Positions 39,176-52,970 of a DNA stretch of 64,000 bases are shown piece by piece. The notes beneath the pieces are model-generated. The model was not told the DNA's origin, searched no databases, and was given only the letters and a program-made list of their open reading frames with translations. The number at the start of each line of letters is the position of its first letter. Within the stretch, counting starts at the first letter, position 1. The position numbers were made by a program, and so were the translations under genes. Origin of the DNA: Macrostomum hystrix (lineage: Eukaryota > Animalia > Platyhelminthes); NCBI GenBank assembly GCA_950097015.1, contig CATNEN010000001.1, positions 18,414,001-18,478,000 on the forward strand. Direction: 5' to 3'.

Positions 39176-40580
39176 ACATGCCACTTTGGATTTTTGGATT
39201 TATCAGTTAAGAGTAGGCTCGAATGAGGGTCGTGATTCCTTGCACCTTCCTGGCTAGTCAATAGCCACACGCAACGTAAAAGAGCATATTAAGCCAAGCC
39301 TTCGTATTTTCATAAGACGCTTCCGGTACAGAAGATATATAAAACGTTACTTTTTAATATGTGCAGTAATATGTTTATATTACTACGCAGGTAAAGCAGC
39401 TAAAAAATAAAAAGATATCTTTATTGATACTTTTAAAGCACAAAATATAAATTGAAAATTTCTAGAAACTACTTTTGTTAATCCCATAAAATCAAGGAAG
39501 ACAAAAATTTAACTTTGGCGCATTTTAAGGTTAAATATAAATTTTACCATGAACCAAACAAAAAGCTTTCTGCGCAAATTCCGACATTGTGATGTAAACA
39601 CAGTGTTTAGTTAATTGAAGGTCATTAAACGGGTCTGCTATTCACATTGTTTTTGTGTACTAGTTACTTAATATTTCTTAGGTGTTGAGGAAAAAGGGAA
39701 AGTTTTTTTTAAGAAAAGTCATTACAGTTTGTAGCTAGGCGTAGTTAATTTTTAGTTAATTTGTGTTCTAGACCTAGGCTTTAAATGTGCTTGCTAGCAT
39801 TAGTGAGCTTGTTTTATTCATAAATATGTCTTCTTCTATCGATCACACTTGCCCCATTCAGGCTAGACGTGCAGCTAACAGAAGAGCCAAGCCACCTTAT
39901 TGTGCAGCATGCATCTGGATGTTGCATACAGATACAGATACTTCCGGGATACATGCCTTCTTCTGGACTATGGTTGACAAATAGCCCTAGACAAACTTAT
40001 TTGGGGAGTGTAAAATGATTAAAAGCTAGGCACTATTGTCTATAACCAGGGTCTGGACTCAGTGCCCTACCGCTACCAATTGTTTTAATGACTGCCTTTA
40101 CTATCTTAGTTTATTATAAATACCTTTATTTACAAGACTAGGCCTATAATTTTTGAAAGTCATTAGGCTTCTATAAAAAAACTAATTCTTGAAACTGGTA
40201 TATATTGCATAATATTATTATTTGCAGCACCTACCTCTACATTTTTATATAGATATCCATTTTACTTGTTGTGCAAGCAAGGTAAATTTGTCAACACAGT
40301 TAAGTTTACCTGGGTCCATGTTCATACTTTTACCTTTAGTAACTTATTATTTTTGTTTACTATTAATTTTAGTTTCTTACCACTAAAGTGTACCCCACTT
40401 TTTTGCTGTTTTATTATTGTTTGTCACTATAGTAGTCTGTTCAGCATTAATTGAATTCTATTGTCTCTGACTATATTGCAGACTGTAATAAGTGTGAAAA
40501 TAGCCTAGACAAACCTACTGCAGAATTGAGAGGTTTTGCACTATAACTATTTTCTACACTGTGGTTGGTGTCTTACCATT

Positions 40581-41777
40581 GGATTCCATGCATTTCGGTG
40601 ACAGGGCTTTTCGGTACAGTGCATTTCGGTACCAGTCAGTGCTTTTCGGTACCGCTGAATTATAGTAGTAGTTTTAGTGGTAGTAGTAGATATTTTGGCA
40701 CAGGTAAACAACCTGCTAAGCCAAAATGATACAATAATTTCGATTGATGCAATACTAGAAAAATGGAACAGTGCAAATGATAGTAGTGTCTCTAAAAATA
40801 AGCACAATAGGAACAAATAATGGGAGATGATCATGGAACAAAATTAGATTTGTTTTCCCGCTTGATCGCTGTCTGCGACTATATTCGCAGTACCTGGTTG
40901 TCAGCAGACAGTTTCTGGACTGCAGAAGACGTCAGCGTATTCGGCCGGGCCATTCGTTCCAACAATTGACGTCGAAGGGTACTACCAACGATTGAATGCC
41001 AAAGCTGGGTGCAGCACTCTACAGTTTTACGTTCTGCTAAAACTGCTCTCCTCTGAAGTGAGCACAATACCAATGAATGCGCAGCTCGTCTCGAGGGGGG
41101 CCCTGCGATGCAGGCAGCGCGTTGCTTACCGCACAATGCAGGCTAACATACATAATGCCTGGGGACAGTTTTCTGAGGGCCTTCTGACTGTCAACCAGCT
41201 GCTGGCTACTTGCAGCCGCTTTGTCGGAAAATAACTGATACACGTCTGGCAGTTGCCTGGATCTTCTTAGTTCCAGATCTTGTCTGGATGTATTTTAGCA
41301 ATGACCTTTACAGGTGCATCTATCCCTATCGTTTTATCGTTTTCTCTTTAGAACTTCGTCCACAGATATTGCTAATCAACTTGACTTTGACGCGTACAAC
41401 TTTGTGCAACTTTGTGCATGGACAATTGACAATTTAATTGGCATTGAGTGTCGTTACTAAACAGGAAAATCTTGTAACTGTATATGTACTGGAACGTTGC
41501 AGTACATTGTATTTCAGCAATGTCTTTTTGTCGTTCTCGTTAAAATATTAAAATATTCTCATTAAAATATACTGTTAAAATACATATTCACACGAATACA
41601 AACAGGGGAGCTAGGCCCCTAGTATAGTCTTTACTCTTTAATGCTTGACTATTTAAGGCACCGTTCGAAAAGCAGGTACCGAAATGCACTGTACCAAAAA
41701 TTAAGTCACCAAAAAGCACTGACTGGTACCGAAATGCACTGTACCGAAAAGCCCTGTCACCGAAATGCCTGGCACCC
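40581..41777 (+). mobile_element. Non-autonomous Mutator-like (MULE) DNA transposon with transposase C-terminal remnant
   Basis: About 70-bp TIRs (GG.T.CCA.GCATTTCGGTGACAGGGCTTTTCGGTACAGTGCATTTCGGTACCAGTCAGTGCTTTT) at both ends. TSD TTACCATT at 40573-40580 and 41778-41785 (9 bp, CTTACCATT, if the right end is one base shorter). The interior at about 40890-41234 translates, with one frameshift, to SVFGRAIRSNN/DVEGYYQRLNAK...FYVLLKLL..E...QR.....Q..I..AW, matching the MULE RTNN..EG.H..LN motif. Confidence 0.88.
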
Positions 41778-43449
41778 TTACCATTCAGCCAATAGTAGTA
41801 GCTGAAATAAAATATCCTTAGCAGTGAACTTGATGTGGGCAAGATTTGAAAGCAGTGTTCTAAACAGAATTCACAATATAAAAAATAAGAAAGACAGATT
41901 GAATCTCAATTTAGGCAAATTTAATTTGACTTGATTAATTAACTTTAAGTCTCACTTAAAATCTCAGTTTACTATATATATTTACATTCTTTGGTGATTT
42001 ACACTATATGGAAAATGAACAAATTTAACTATTTAAATACACAGGACATTACTAAGGTATAATACTCGCCCACACAAGCAGATGAAAGGTTATGATGATA
42101 GAGGAGATAGGTGACCATCCGGAGCACAAGGGCAGATTTTGGCATGTCTTGCCTGGCTGGCTTGGACTAGGAAGCCAAGTTCTAATGATAAATTTATAGG
42201 GACACATACACTACAACAACAATGACATGCTACTCTTCAGCCTAATTATAACATTGGAAACCTATATACAAATTCTAAAAATTTAATAACAGACAACTAA
42301 CTTACATAGCACTAACATTAATAGCAATAACTGTTGGGCAAAAAAAGATGCTCACACTGCACAGACTACTCTGTTGTTGTCTTGTTGGCAGGCACTGAAG
42401 TGTGACAACAATAGCCAGTTGTAATTGCCAAGAGCTAGAAAGGCCAGTTGATTAATTTACCTATGTGCGGCTATCATTAATATAATAGTTAGGCCAGTTA
42501 ATGAAAAGAAAGTTTAATGAACTTAGCTGTTACCATAAATACAACCAATTTATGATTGCCATAGCCATCATAGGGTTAATGTATTGAAGTAAATAAATAT
42601 ATTGTCAAACATTTTCTATAAAGTTAAATTCTAACTCCATCATAACACAAGAGTACAAAGTTGGGTTTCAGTTTTTCAAAGTTCAAGATTATTTCAAGCT
42701 AGTAATTTATACTTAAGCTATATTATATATAGTATAATTAGGAATTGATTACTATAAAGTATTTGGTAGAGGCCATTACGATTGGGGCATCTAGTCTCAC
42801 CCCTTCTGGATCTAGTCTCACCCCTTCTGGAATTTCTATAAATTAGTAAGTTAGTATTTTTATACAACTATTCTGTAAACAGCTCTAGCATGGTTAAAAG
42901 TGGAGGATAAGAAGGAATCTAGAAATTTAGAAAGTTGAAACAAAAAGTTTGAACTCCAAAAATCCATGGCTTTTAGAATCTTTACCACACTTCAGAATTT
43001 TAGTGAACTTTTTGATTTATTAGGCATTACGGGGAAGTGATTGCTTTTGCTATGAATGCAGCTATGTTTGAAGTCCATTCATTTTTTCAACAACTACATC
43101 ATACATAAAGCAATTTTGCTATGGCATTGAGTGTTTCTTGCCCAATTTTTTGTCACATTTGTGTTTCCAAATATTTCTAAGCAGAGTTAGTACAAGCATA
43201 TATGTTTATTATTCAATCAGTAGATGTTCCTTGAGCTATTTAATAGTAGATCTTAAATTTACTCAGCTATGGAATGCTTCCTAAATGTTTATGTAGAAGT
43301 ATTTTTTATTTTCATCAAGGATTCAAGGCATGTAACTTGATTGGTTCATTGCCCTGTCTACTTGTGTAAGTGCAATTCACAACAATTATTTTGCATAGCG
43401 TTTGCTGAGACTACATTTTTGTGAAATAACTACTTCAGCCAGTGTGCCC

Positions 43450-46400
43450 ATGGGTTCTAAATCGTCTAAGATAGCTTTTGAAATCTGCTCAGTCACTGGT
43501 GATTACAAAGTAGCAGAGCAGGGACCAACTGTCACACTACATCTCTATGATCGAGAAGGACACGCATCGCCAGCATTTACTCTAAGCAATGCCTTCTTCC
43601 AAGAAGAAGACGGCAGTATTCGGGATAAGTTCACTATTCCACAGGCCAGCTGGTGCAAAAAGAACTTTGGCAAGGTGCACAAAATAGAATTTTGGCGCAC
43701 TATTGACCCAGGCGTTGAGCTAGTGAACTATGATTGGTTCTGCGAGAAGGTTATCATCAGGGATCGGCGTAAAGGCCTTGGCGGAAAGTGGCTATATTCC
43801 TACTTTCCTGTACAGCGATGGATTCACCCGGATAGACACTATTATTCGTTTGATTGTCAGGTGAGTGTAATTGATCACTGAACAGAAGTTTTATCAGCTG
43901 AGCATTTCTGTCAATTAATAATTTATAATTTGCAATGCAGGTGTCACTACCTTCCGCCGATCCGATGCCTGACGAGCGATTCGCTGAAATAGCTGAGCGT
44001 CGCAACAATTATCAGTTCTATCAGCGAGCCAACGGCCTGCCACTGGAGCTGCAGGCTGTGCCAGTTGAGGAGACCTTCACACATGTGCGTAGCTTTCATT
44101 GTCTGTAGTATTCGCACCAAGGTCTACATTAACTTGGGGTGCAGCCACGTAGAGAAGGATTGTGTGCTATTTATGCCCATGAGCTGTTCAGTCCATGCAC
44201 TCTTACACAAATCAGTCTTGATTGTTAGAGTCCCATTAAAACTGCAGGACACTCGCTGGAACATTGAGAAGACCAAAGACGAGATCATCTACAGCAAAGG
44301 CATGGACGCTGACTATGCTAGTGTGGATCATTTCACCAGCTTCGACGAGATGACAGCTTATTATCGGTCACACAGCATAACGGAGCCTCTATCCGTGCAG
44401 CGTTGGCCAGCCAATCCTAGCGGCCCGGAGCACGACGTTGTGTTTGGCGCACAACGCCTGAAAGGCTGCAATCCGTTTGTCATCAAAGTCTGCAAAGCTA
44501 TACCGGAGAATTTCGGCGTCGCCGTTGAATGGCTAAAGCCCTACCTGGAAGGCTGGACACTGCAGCACATCCTAGATGCTAGAAGACTGTTCATTGTCGA
44601 CTATTCAATCATGGAAGGCGTCGAGTGCAAGAACGGTCGACAGTTCTGCTCGCCCATGGCTCTGTTCTTCTGGACCGAGCGGCTGCAGCTGGTGCCGCTG
44701 GCTATTCAGCTCAACCAGCGCATGGAAGAGGGCGCGCCCATCATGCTCAGCGATAGTCCTCACGCGTGGCTTCAGGCTAAGCTTTGGTTTAACTTAACTG
44801 ACGCCTGCTATCACCTAGTTGCTAACCGGCTGTTGCATCACCTCATCATAGAGGGCATCTACGTTGCTATGCGCAAGAACATGTCCATAACGCACCCGCT
44901 CTACCAGATGCTAGCTCCGCACTTTCGCCACATTCTGGCCGTCAACGCCAAACTCAAGGAGTGGTTCTTCACTGACAACGGTTGGATTGCTCAGAACATT
45001 CAACTGTCCAGGAAGGGCATCCGACAGTTGCTGAAGAAGGCGTTCAAAGTGTGGCGATTCGATCACCAGATCAACATCTACAGGGAGCTGGAAACTAGGG
45101 GCGTCTACGACTCCAACGTGCTGCCTGGCTATCCCTATCGGTGAGCCCGCCTGTCAGGATCCTTGCCTATCAGATAGTGTCAGATCCTCAGGTGTCAGAT
45201 CCTCAGGTGTCAGATCCTCAGGTGTCAGATCCTCAGGTGTCAGATCCTCAGGTGTCAGATCCTCAGGTGTCAGATCCTCACCTGTCAGATACTCACCTGT
45301 CAGATCCTCACCTGTCAGATACTCACCTGTCAGATCCTCACCTGTCAGATCCTCACCTGTCAGATCCTCACCTGTCAGATCCTCACCTGTCAGATCCTCA
45401 CCTGTCAGATCCTCACCTGTCAGATCCTCACCTGTCAGATCCTCACCTGTCAGATCCTCACCTGTCAGATCCTCACCTGTCAGATACTCACCTGTCAGAT
45501 ACTCACCTGTCAGGAGCCCTTCATATCACCAATTATTTTGACAATCAGGGAGTTCCTTTAATAAGCTTTAAAAAGAATGCGTTTCCTTTTCATTCAATCC
45601 AGCGAGGACGCCATGCTAATCTACAAGGCCATCGGCGGCTATTGCGACAAGGCCGCTCGCCTCTACTACGCCAGCCCCATGGAGGCGATGAAGCGCAAAC
45701 TAACCGAAGACGTTGAGCTTCAGGCCTGGTGGGCTGAGATGACCAACCCGTTGGATAAGGGCGGCCTTGGACTGAAAGGTATACCTGGTAAGGCCGGCAT
45801 TCAGCATGTCGACGAGCTGATTCCACTGCTGACTAACCTGATGTTCATGATCTGCGTGCACGGCTCCGCCTCCTGGCAGCCGCAGTTTGATGAGTACGGC
45901 TTCCCGCCGAATTATCCGCTGGCACTGCACGGCACCCTGCCCATGGATCCGCAGGTTCGTGCTCTAATCTGGCCTGGGCGTTAGCCTGAAATCTTGACTG
46001 CTGCTATCTTAACTCATGCTCCCAGTAGTCTGATAATTATCGACTCTAACCTCCTCCCGTAGCTCTAGTCAGTCTAGTCTCACCCCTTCTGGATCTAGTC
46101 TCACCCCGTCTGGATCTAGTCTCACCCCTTCTGGATCTAGTCTCACCCCTTATCGATCTAGTCTCACCCCTTCTGGATCTAGTCTCACCCCTTATCGATC
46201 TAGTCTCACCCCTTCTGGATCTAGTCTCACCCCTTCTGGATCTAGTCTCACCCCTTATCGATCTAGTCTCACCCCTTATCGATCTAGTCTCACCCCTTCT
46301 CGATCTAGTCTCACCCCTTCTCGATCTAGTCTCACCCCGCCTGGATCTAGTCTCACCCCTTCTGGATCTAGTCTCACCCCTTATCGATCTAGTCTCACCC

Positions 46401-48155
46401 CTTCTGGATCTAGTCTCACCCCTTATCGATCTAGTCTCACCCCTTCTGGATCTAGTCTCACCCCTTATCGATCTAGTCTCACCCCTTCTGGATCTAGTCT
46501 CACCCCTTCTGAATCTAGTCTCACCCCTTCTGAATCTAGTCTCACTCCTTCTGGATCTTGTTTCACCCCTTCTAGATTTATTATCACCCCTTCTAGATTT
46601 ATTATCATCCATTCTAGATCGAATCTCATTCATTCTAGATCGAATCTCATTCATTCTAGATCGAATCTCATCTAGTCTCATCCTTTCTTACATTTAGTCT
46701 TACCCCATCTTACCCCATCTTACCCCATCTTACCCCATCTTAGCTCTGGTCTCAGCCGTTCTAGATATAATCTCCCTTGGTGATCAAGCCTCACCCTTTT
46801 AGATCAAGCCTCACCCTTTTAGATCTATTCTCATCCCTTCTAGCTCTGATCTTATCTCGTCTAGCTCTAGTCTCATCCCCTCTAAATAAAATCTCATTCC
46901 ACCTCATCATTCCAGTCTTACGTATCTGAAGTCACACTGTTTTAGTTTAAATCTAGTCTCACCCCAAATTAATTTGTATCTCCTTCATCTTCTATGAATT
47001 AGATCGAGTCAAAAGTTTTTTTCCTTATCTTTGCCGAAATAGAAGAATTTTAAGTCAACATACTTATTTGTCTTCATATTTCCTGCTGCCTTAAAGTGCT
47101 AACCCTGTACCCTATTCTCTCAACCGCAGGAAGAGCAGCCGCTTGAGGTAACCCTGCGTTCCCTGCCCTACCGACGCGAGTTTATTGACACCTTGCTGTC
47201 ATTCCGCTTGTGCCAGAAACAGAAAGGTGACCACCCGCTTGGCGAGTACGAGCTGCAGTTTAGCCATGACCAGGCATCCATGCAGATCCTGAATGAGTGA
47301 GTACTGCAATCCTGGGGATCTGGGAAGGTTTCTAGTCCATCCTGAGGATCTGGAAATGTTTCTAGTCCATCCTGAGGATCTGGGAAGGTTTCTAGTCCAT
47401 CCTGAGGATCTGGAAATGTTTCTAGTCCATCCTGAGGATCTGGGAAGGTTTCTAGTCCATCCTGAGGATCTGGGAAGGTTTCTAGTCCATCCTGAGGATC
47501 TGGGAAGGTTTCTAGTCCATCTTGAGGATCTGGGAAGGTTTCTAGTCGATCCTGAGGATCTGGGAAGGTTTCTAGTCCATCCTGAGGATCTGGGAAGGTT
47601 TCTAGTCCATCCTGAGGATCTGGGAAGGTTTCTAGTCCATCCTGAGGATCTGGGAAGGTTTCTAGTCCATCCTGAGGATCTGGGAAGGTTTCTAGTCCAT
47701 CCTGAGGATCTGGGAAGGTTTCTAGTCCATCTTGAGGATCTGGGAAGGTTTCTAGTCGATCCTGAGGATCTGGGAAGGTTTCTAGTCCATCCTGAGGATC
47801 TGGGAAGGTTTCTAGTCCATCCTGAGGATCTGGGAAGGTTTCTAGTCCATCCTGAGGATCTGGGAAGGTTTCTAGTCCATCCTGAGGATCTGGGAAGGTT
47901 TCTAGTCCATCCTGAGGATCTGGGAAGGTTTTAATGCACTTCATCCATTGGGACATCAAAATACTTTTTATTGGTCGATTTCTACTACTTCTACTGTGAG
48001 TAGTATTATTGTAAGTGGCTGTAACAAACTGCAGATTCAAGAACGAGCTAACGGCAGCCAGCGAGACCATCAAGTCCCGCAATGGTCACCGCGATCCAAT
48101 CTACATCTACGAAGCTCTGGACCCGCAGAAGATGCTCAACTATCTTGTGATTTGA
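43450..48155 (+). CDS. PLAT-domain lipoxygenase homologue (animal ALOX-like), 695 aa, with atypical iron-ligand positions
   Basis: Exons 43450-43860, 43941-44084, 44248-45140, 45603-45954, 47130-47296 and 48035-48155; all GT-AG, phases consistent, 2088 nt. PLAT motif DWFCEKV...YFPVQRWI. LOX motifs FGAQRLKGCNP, LVPLAIQL, WLQAKLW, HPLYQMLAPH, YPYREDA, FPPNYP and a C-terminal ...PQKMLNYLVI*. Confidence 0.92.
45165..45512. repeat. 15-bp minisatellite CCTCA(GG/CC)TGTCAGAT, about 23 units, lipoxygenase intron 3
   Basis: Tandem 15-bp period. Confidence 0.95.
46070..46680. repeat. 21-bp minisatellite TCTAGTCTCACCCCTTCTGGA, lipoxygenase intron 4, degenerating rightwards
   Basis: Tandem 21-bp period; two exact units also occur at 42790-42831. 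Confidence 0.95.
47310..47931. repeat. 30-bp minisatellite CCTGAGGATCTGGGAAGGTTTCTAGTCCAT, about 21 units, lipoxygenase intron 5
   Basis: Tandem 30-bp period. A double-variant unit (CTTGAGG...GTCGAT) recurs at 47521 and 47731, seven units apart. Confidence 0.97.
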
Positions 48156-49289
48156 GTGCCCTTTGACAAGCTTACAAACTAAATTGCTATGAAAAGAACA
48201 TTCCTTTTGTCTATGCACCACTGCCTACATTCCGTTTTCTTGTTTTAAACAATTTTCCCTGACCAAACTGGATTTTTGAGCAGAGAATCAAATCGAAGAA
48301 TTTTTTTTACTTTTTTACATGCAAGTTAACATTCCTCTATTAAAATTGATTGACGCGGAATTTCTACAATGACCAACAAGTGCTATTTTTTTAATCAGGC
48401 TTTTGTGACTTTTCTTCTAACTCATCGCTTTACTCTTTTGAGAATAGAATTTCGCAAGTTTGCCACTGTTCTTAAACTGTTATTGGGGATCTGAATCAAT
48501 TTAGGTTAGCAGGGCGTCTTGCAGTCTATGGACTGAACAGCTGTACATCAGGCTTAAATGGTATTTTGAAATGGTTATTCTATTGCTTCTTTTCAATCGA
48601 AGCAAAGGTGCTATCGCTCTGGTGTGCTTCCAGGAAATCAAATTATTATTCGCGGTACGTTTGTTAATAAGCTACTTAATCTTCTGCTAAGTAGTATAGA
48701 TGCGTGATGAATCGATTTTTGTGTATAAAGTATTTAGTTGTGTTCTGTGAAGCACTATTTACCTACATTTGTTGATTCTATATAAAATTATTAACGATTG
48801 TGTCACTATAGACACAATTTCTGTACTCACCGTTACTGACAAACTTTGTATAAAATCATGTTTTTTATTCGTTGATTTTAAAAAAATTCCTGCTAAAAAA
48901 ATCTAGCTATTTATTCACATTATAACATTATAACATTGCTATATATCTGTCGTAGCAGTTGTATTCCGTTTTATCTACACCCCGATTATGATCCGTCTGT
49001 ACCTAAGCATCGGTTCTTTATTAGTTGGACTACGAACTAATATACAAAAAAAAAGTACATTTCCCTGCTGCAGGCAGTGATTTTACGTCAATCTTCATTT
49101 CTATTTTAATTAAATCCTTTCAACCATTTTAGTAAAGCTATTTTAGCGGTTTTATGGAGTTCTTTGTCTATGGACTTCTGACCAAGAGGTCGCGAGTTCG
49201 AGTTCTATTTATTGTCCTCGAGCAAGAATCAGAATTCCTAACTTAACCAGCTTTAATTAACTTTCTTACCTTGACCCAACTTAACCTCC

Positions 49290-52200
49290 TAAATGATCCA
49301 TCTCAATCTCCCACCTCAATCTTCTTAATGACCCACCTCAATCTCCTTGATGACCCACCTCAATCTTCTTGATGACCCACCTCAATCTTCTTAATGACCC
49401 ACCTCAATCTCCTTGATGACCCACCTCAATCTTCTTGATGACCCACCTCAATCTTCTTGATGACCCACCTCAATCTCCTTGATGACCGACCTCAATCTTC
49501 TTGATGACCCACCTCAACCTCCTTGATGACCGACCTCAATCTTCTTGATGACCCACCTCAACCTCCTTGATGACCCACCTCAATCTCCTTGATGACCCAC
49601 CTCAATCTCCTTGATGACCGACCTCAATCTTCTTGATGACCCACCTCAATCTCCTTGATGACCCACCTCAATCTCCTTGATGACCGACCTCAATCTTCTT
49701 GATGACCCACCTCAACCTCCTTGATGACCCACCTCAATCTCCTTGATGACCCACATCAATCTTCTTAATGACCCACCTCAATCTTCATGATGACCCACCT
49801 CAATCTTCATGATGACCCACCTCAATCTTCATGATGACCCACCTCAATCTCCTTGATGACCCACCTCAATCTTCATGATGACCCACCTCAATCTCCTTGA
49901 TGACCCACCTCAATCTTCATGATGACCCACCTCAATCTTCATGATGACCCACCTCAATCTTCTTAATGACCCACCTCAATCTTCTTGATGACCCACCTCA
50001 ATCTTCATGATGACCCACCTCAATCTCCTTGATGACCAACCTCAATCTTCATGATGACCCACATCAATCTTCTTAATGACCCACCTCAATCTTCTTAATG
50101 ACCCACCTCAATCTCCTTGATGACCCACATCAATCTCCTTGATGACCCACCTCAATCTTCATGATGACCCACCTTAATCTTCATGATGACCCACCTCAAT
50201 CTTCTTAATGACCCACCTCAATCTCCTTGATGACCCACATCAATCTCCTTGATGACCCACCTCAATCTCCTTGATGACCCACCTCAATCTTCTTAATGAC
50301 CCACCTCAATCTCCTTGATGACCCACCTCAATCTCCTTGATGACCCACCTCAATCTCCTTGATGACCCACCTCAATCTCCTTGATGACCCACATCAATCT
50401 CCTTGATGACCCACCTCAATCTTCTTGATGACCCACCTCAATCTCCTTGATGACCCACCTCAATCTTCATGATGACCCACATCAATCTTCTTGATGACCC
50501 ACATCAATCTCCTTGATGACCCACCTCAATCTCCTTGATGACCCACCTCAATCTTCTTAATGACCCACCTCAATCTCCTTGATGACCCACATCAATCTCC
50601 TTGATGACCCACCTCAATCTTCTTGATGACCCACCTCAATCTCCTTGATGACCCACCTCAATCTTCATGATGACCCACATCAATCTTCTTGATGACCCAC
50701 CTCAATCTTCATGATGACCCACCTCAATCTCCTTGATGACCGACCTCAATCTTCTTGATGACCCACCTCAATCTCCTTGATGACCCACATCAATCTCCTT
50801 GATGACCCACATCAATCTCCTTGATGACCCACCTCAATCTTCTTGATGACCCACATCAATCTCCTTGATGACCGACATCAATCTCCTTGATGACCCACCT
50901 CAATCTTCTTGATGACCCACCTCAATCTCCTTGATGACCCACCTCAATCTTCATGATGACCCACCTCAATCTCCTTGATGACCCACATCAATCTTCTTGA
51001 TGACCCACCTCAACCTCCTTGATGACCCACCTCAATCTTCTTGATGACCCACCTCAATCTCCTTGATGACCCACCTCAATCTTCTTGATGACCGACCTCA
51101 ATCTCCTTGATGACCCACCTCAATCTCCTTGATGACCGACCTCAATCTTCTTGATGACCCACCTCAACCTCCTTGATGACCGACCTCAATCTCCTTGATG
51201 ACCCACCTAGACCTTCTTAATGACCGACCTCAATCTCCTTGATGACCCACCTCAATCTCCTTGATGACCCACCTCAATCTTCTTGATGACCGACCTCAAT
51301 CTCCTTGATGACCCACCTCAATCTCCTTGATGACCCACCTCAATCTCCTTGATGACCGACCTCAATCTTCTTGATGATCCACCTCAACCTCCTTGATGAC
51401 CGACCTCAATCTTCTTGATGACCCACCTCAACCTCCTTGATGACCCACCTCAATCTCCTTGATGACCCACCTCAATCTCCTTGATGACCGACCTCAATCT
51501 TCTTGATGACCCACCTCAATCTCCTTGATGACCCACATCAATCTTCTTAATGACCCACCTCAATCTTCTTAATGACCCACCTCAATCTCCTTGATGACCC
51601 ACATCAATCTCCTTGATGACCCACCTCAATCTTCATGATGACCCACCTCAATCTTCATGATGACCCACCTCAATCTTCTTAATGACCCACCTCAATCTCC
51701 TTGATGACCCACATCAATCTCCTTGATGACCCACCTCAATCTCCTTGATGACCCACCTCAATCTTCTTAATGACCCACCTCAATCTCCTTGATGACCCAC
51801 CTCAATCTCCTTGATGACCCACCTCAATCTCCTTGATGACCCACCTCAATCTCCTTGATGACCCACATCAATCTCCTTGATGACCCACCTCAATCTTCTT
51901 GATGACCCACCTCAATCTCCTTGATGACCCACCTCAATCTTCATGATGACCCACATCAATCTCCTTGATGACCCACCTCAATCTTCTTGATGACCCACCT
52001 CAATCTCCTTGATGACCCACCTCAATCTTCATGATGACCCACATCAATCTTCTTGATGACCCACCTCAATCTTCATGATGACCCACCTCAATCTCCTTGA
52101 TGACCGACCTCAATCTTCTTGATGACCCACCTCAATCTCCTTGATGACCCACATCAATCTCCTTGATGACCCACCTCAATCTTCTTGATGACCCACATCA

Positions 52201-52775
52201 ATCTCCTTGATGACCGACATCAATCTCCTTGATGACCCACCTCAATCTTCTTGATGACCCACCTCAATCTCCTTGATGACCCACCTCAATCTTCATGATG
52301 ACCCACCTCAATCTCCTTGATGACCCACATCAATCTTCTTGATGACCCACCTCAACCTCCTTGATGACCCACCTCAATCTTCTTGATGACCGACCTCAAT
52401 CTTCTTGATGACCCACCACAATCTTCTTGATGACCCACCTCAACCTCCTTGATGACCCACCTCAATCTTCTTGATGACCGACCTCAATCTTCTTGATGAC
52501 CGACCTCAATCTTCTTGATGACCGACCTCAATCTTCTTGATGACCCACCTCAACCTCCTTGATGACCCACCTCAATCTTCTTGATGACCGACCTCAATCT
52601 TCTTGATGACCGACCTCAATCTTCTTGATGACCGACCTCAATCTTCTTGATGACCGACCTCAATCTTCTTGATGACCCACCTCAACCTCCTTGATGACCC
52701 ACCTCAACCTCCTTGATGACCCACCTCAACGTCCTTGATGACCCACCTCAACCTCCATGAAGACCCACCTCAACT
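49290..52775. repeat. 22-bp minisatellite GATGACCCACCTCAATCT(C/T)CTT, about 158 units, intergenic
   Basis: Tandem 22-bp period over 3.5 kb, ending about 200 bp upstream of the NDUFV1 ATG. Confidence 0.97.
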
Positions 52776-52970
52776 TTCTCAAATGTGAGTAACCATTATT
52801 GCATTTGACGCGTATTAAAGAATGTTGATTTTAAGTTTTCAAACTACACTACTTGAAGTAGAATATCTTGGAACTTAAAATACGTCGCTTAATCTTGCAC
52901 TTTCAGCAGAAATACAGTTAGCAGCCAATTAACAGATTTATCCAATTAGGTTCAAAGTCAAGAATTAAAA

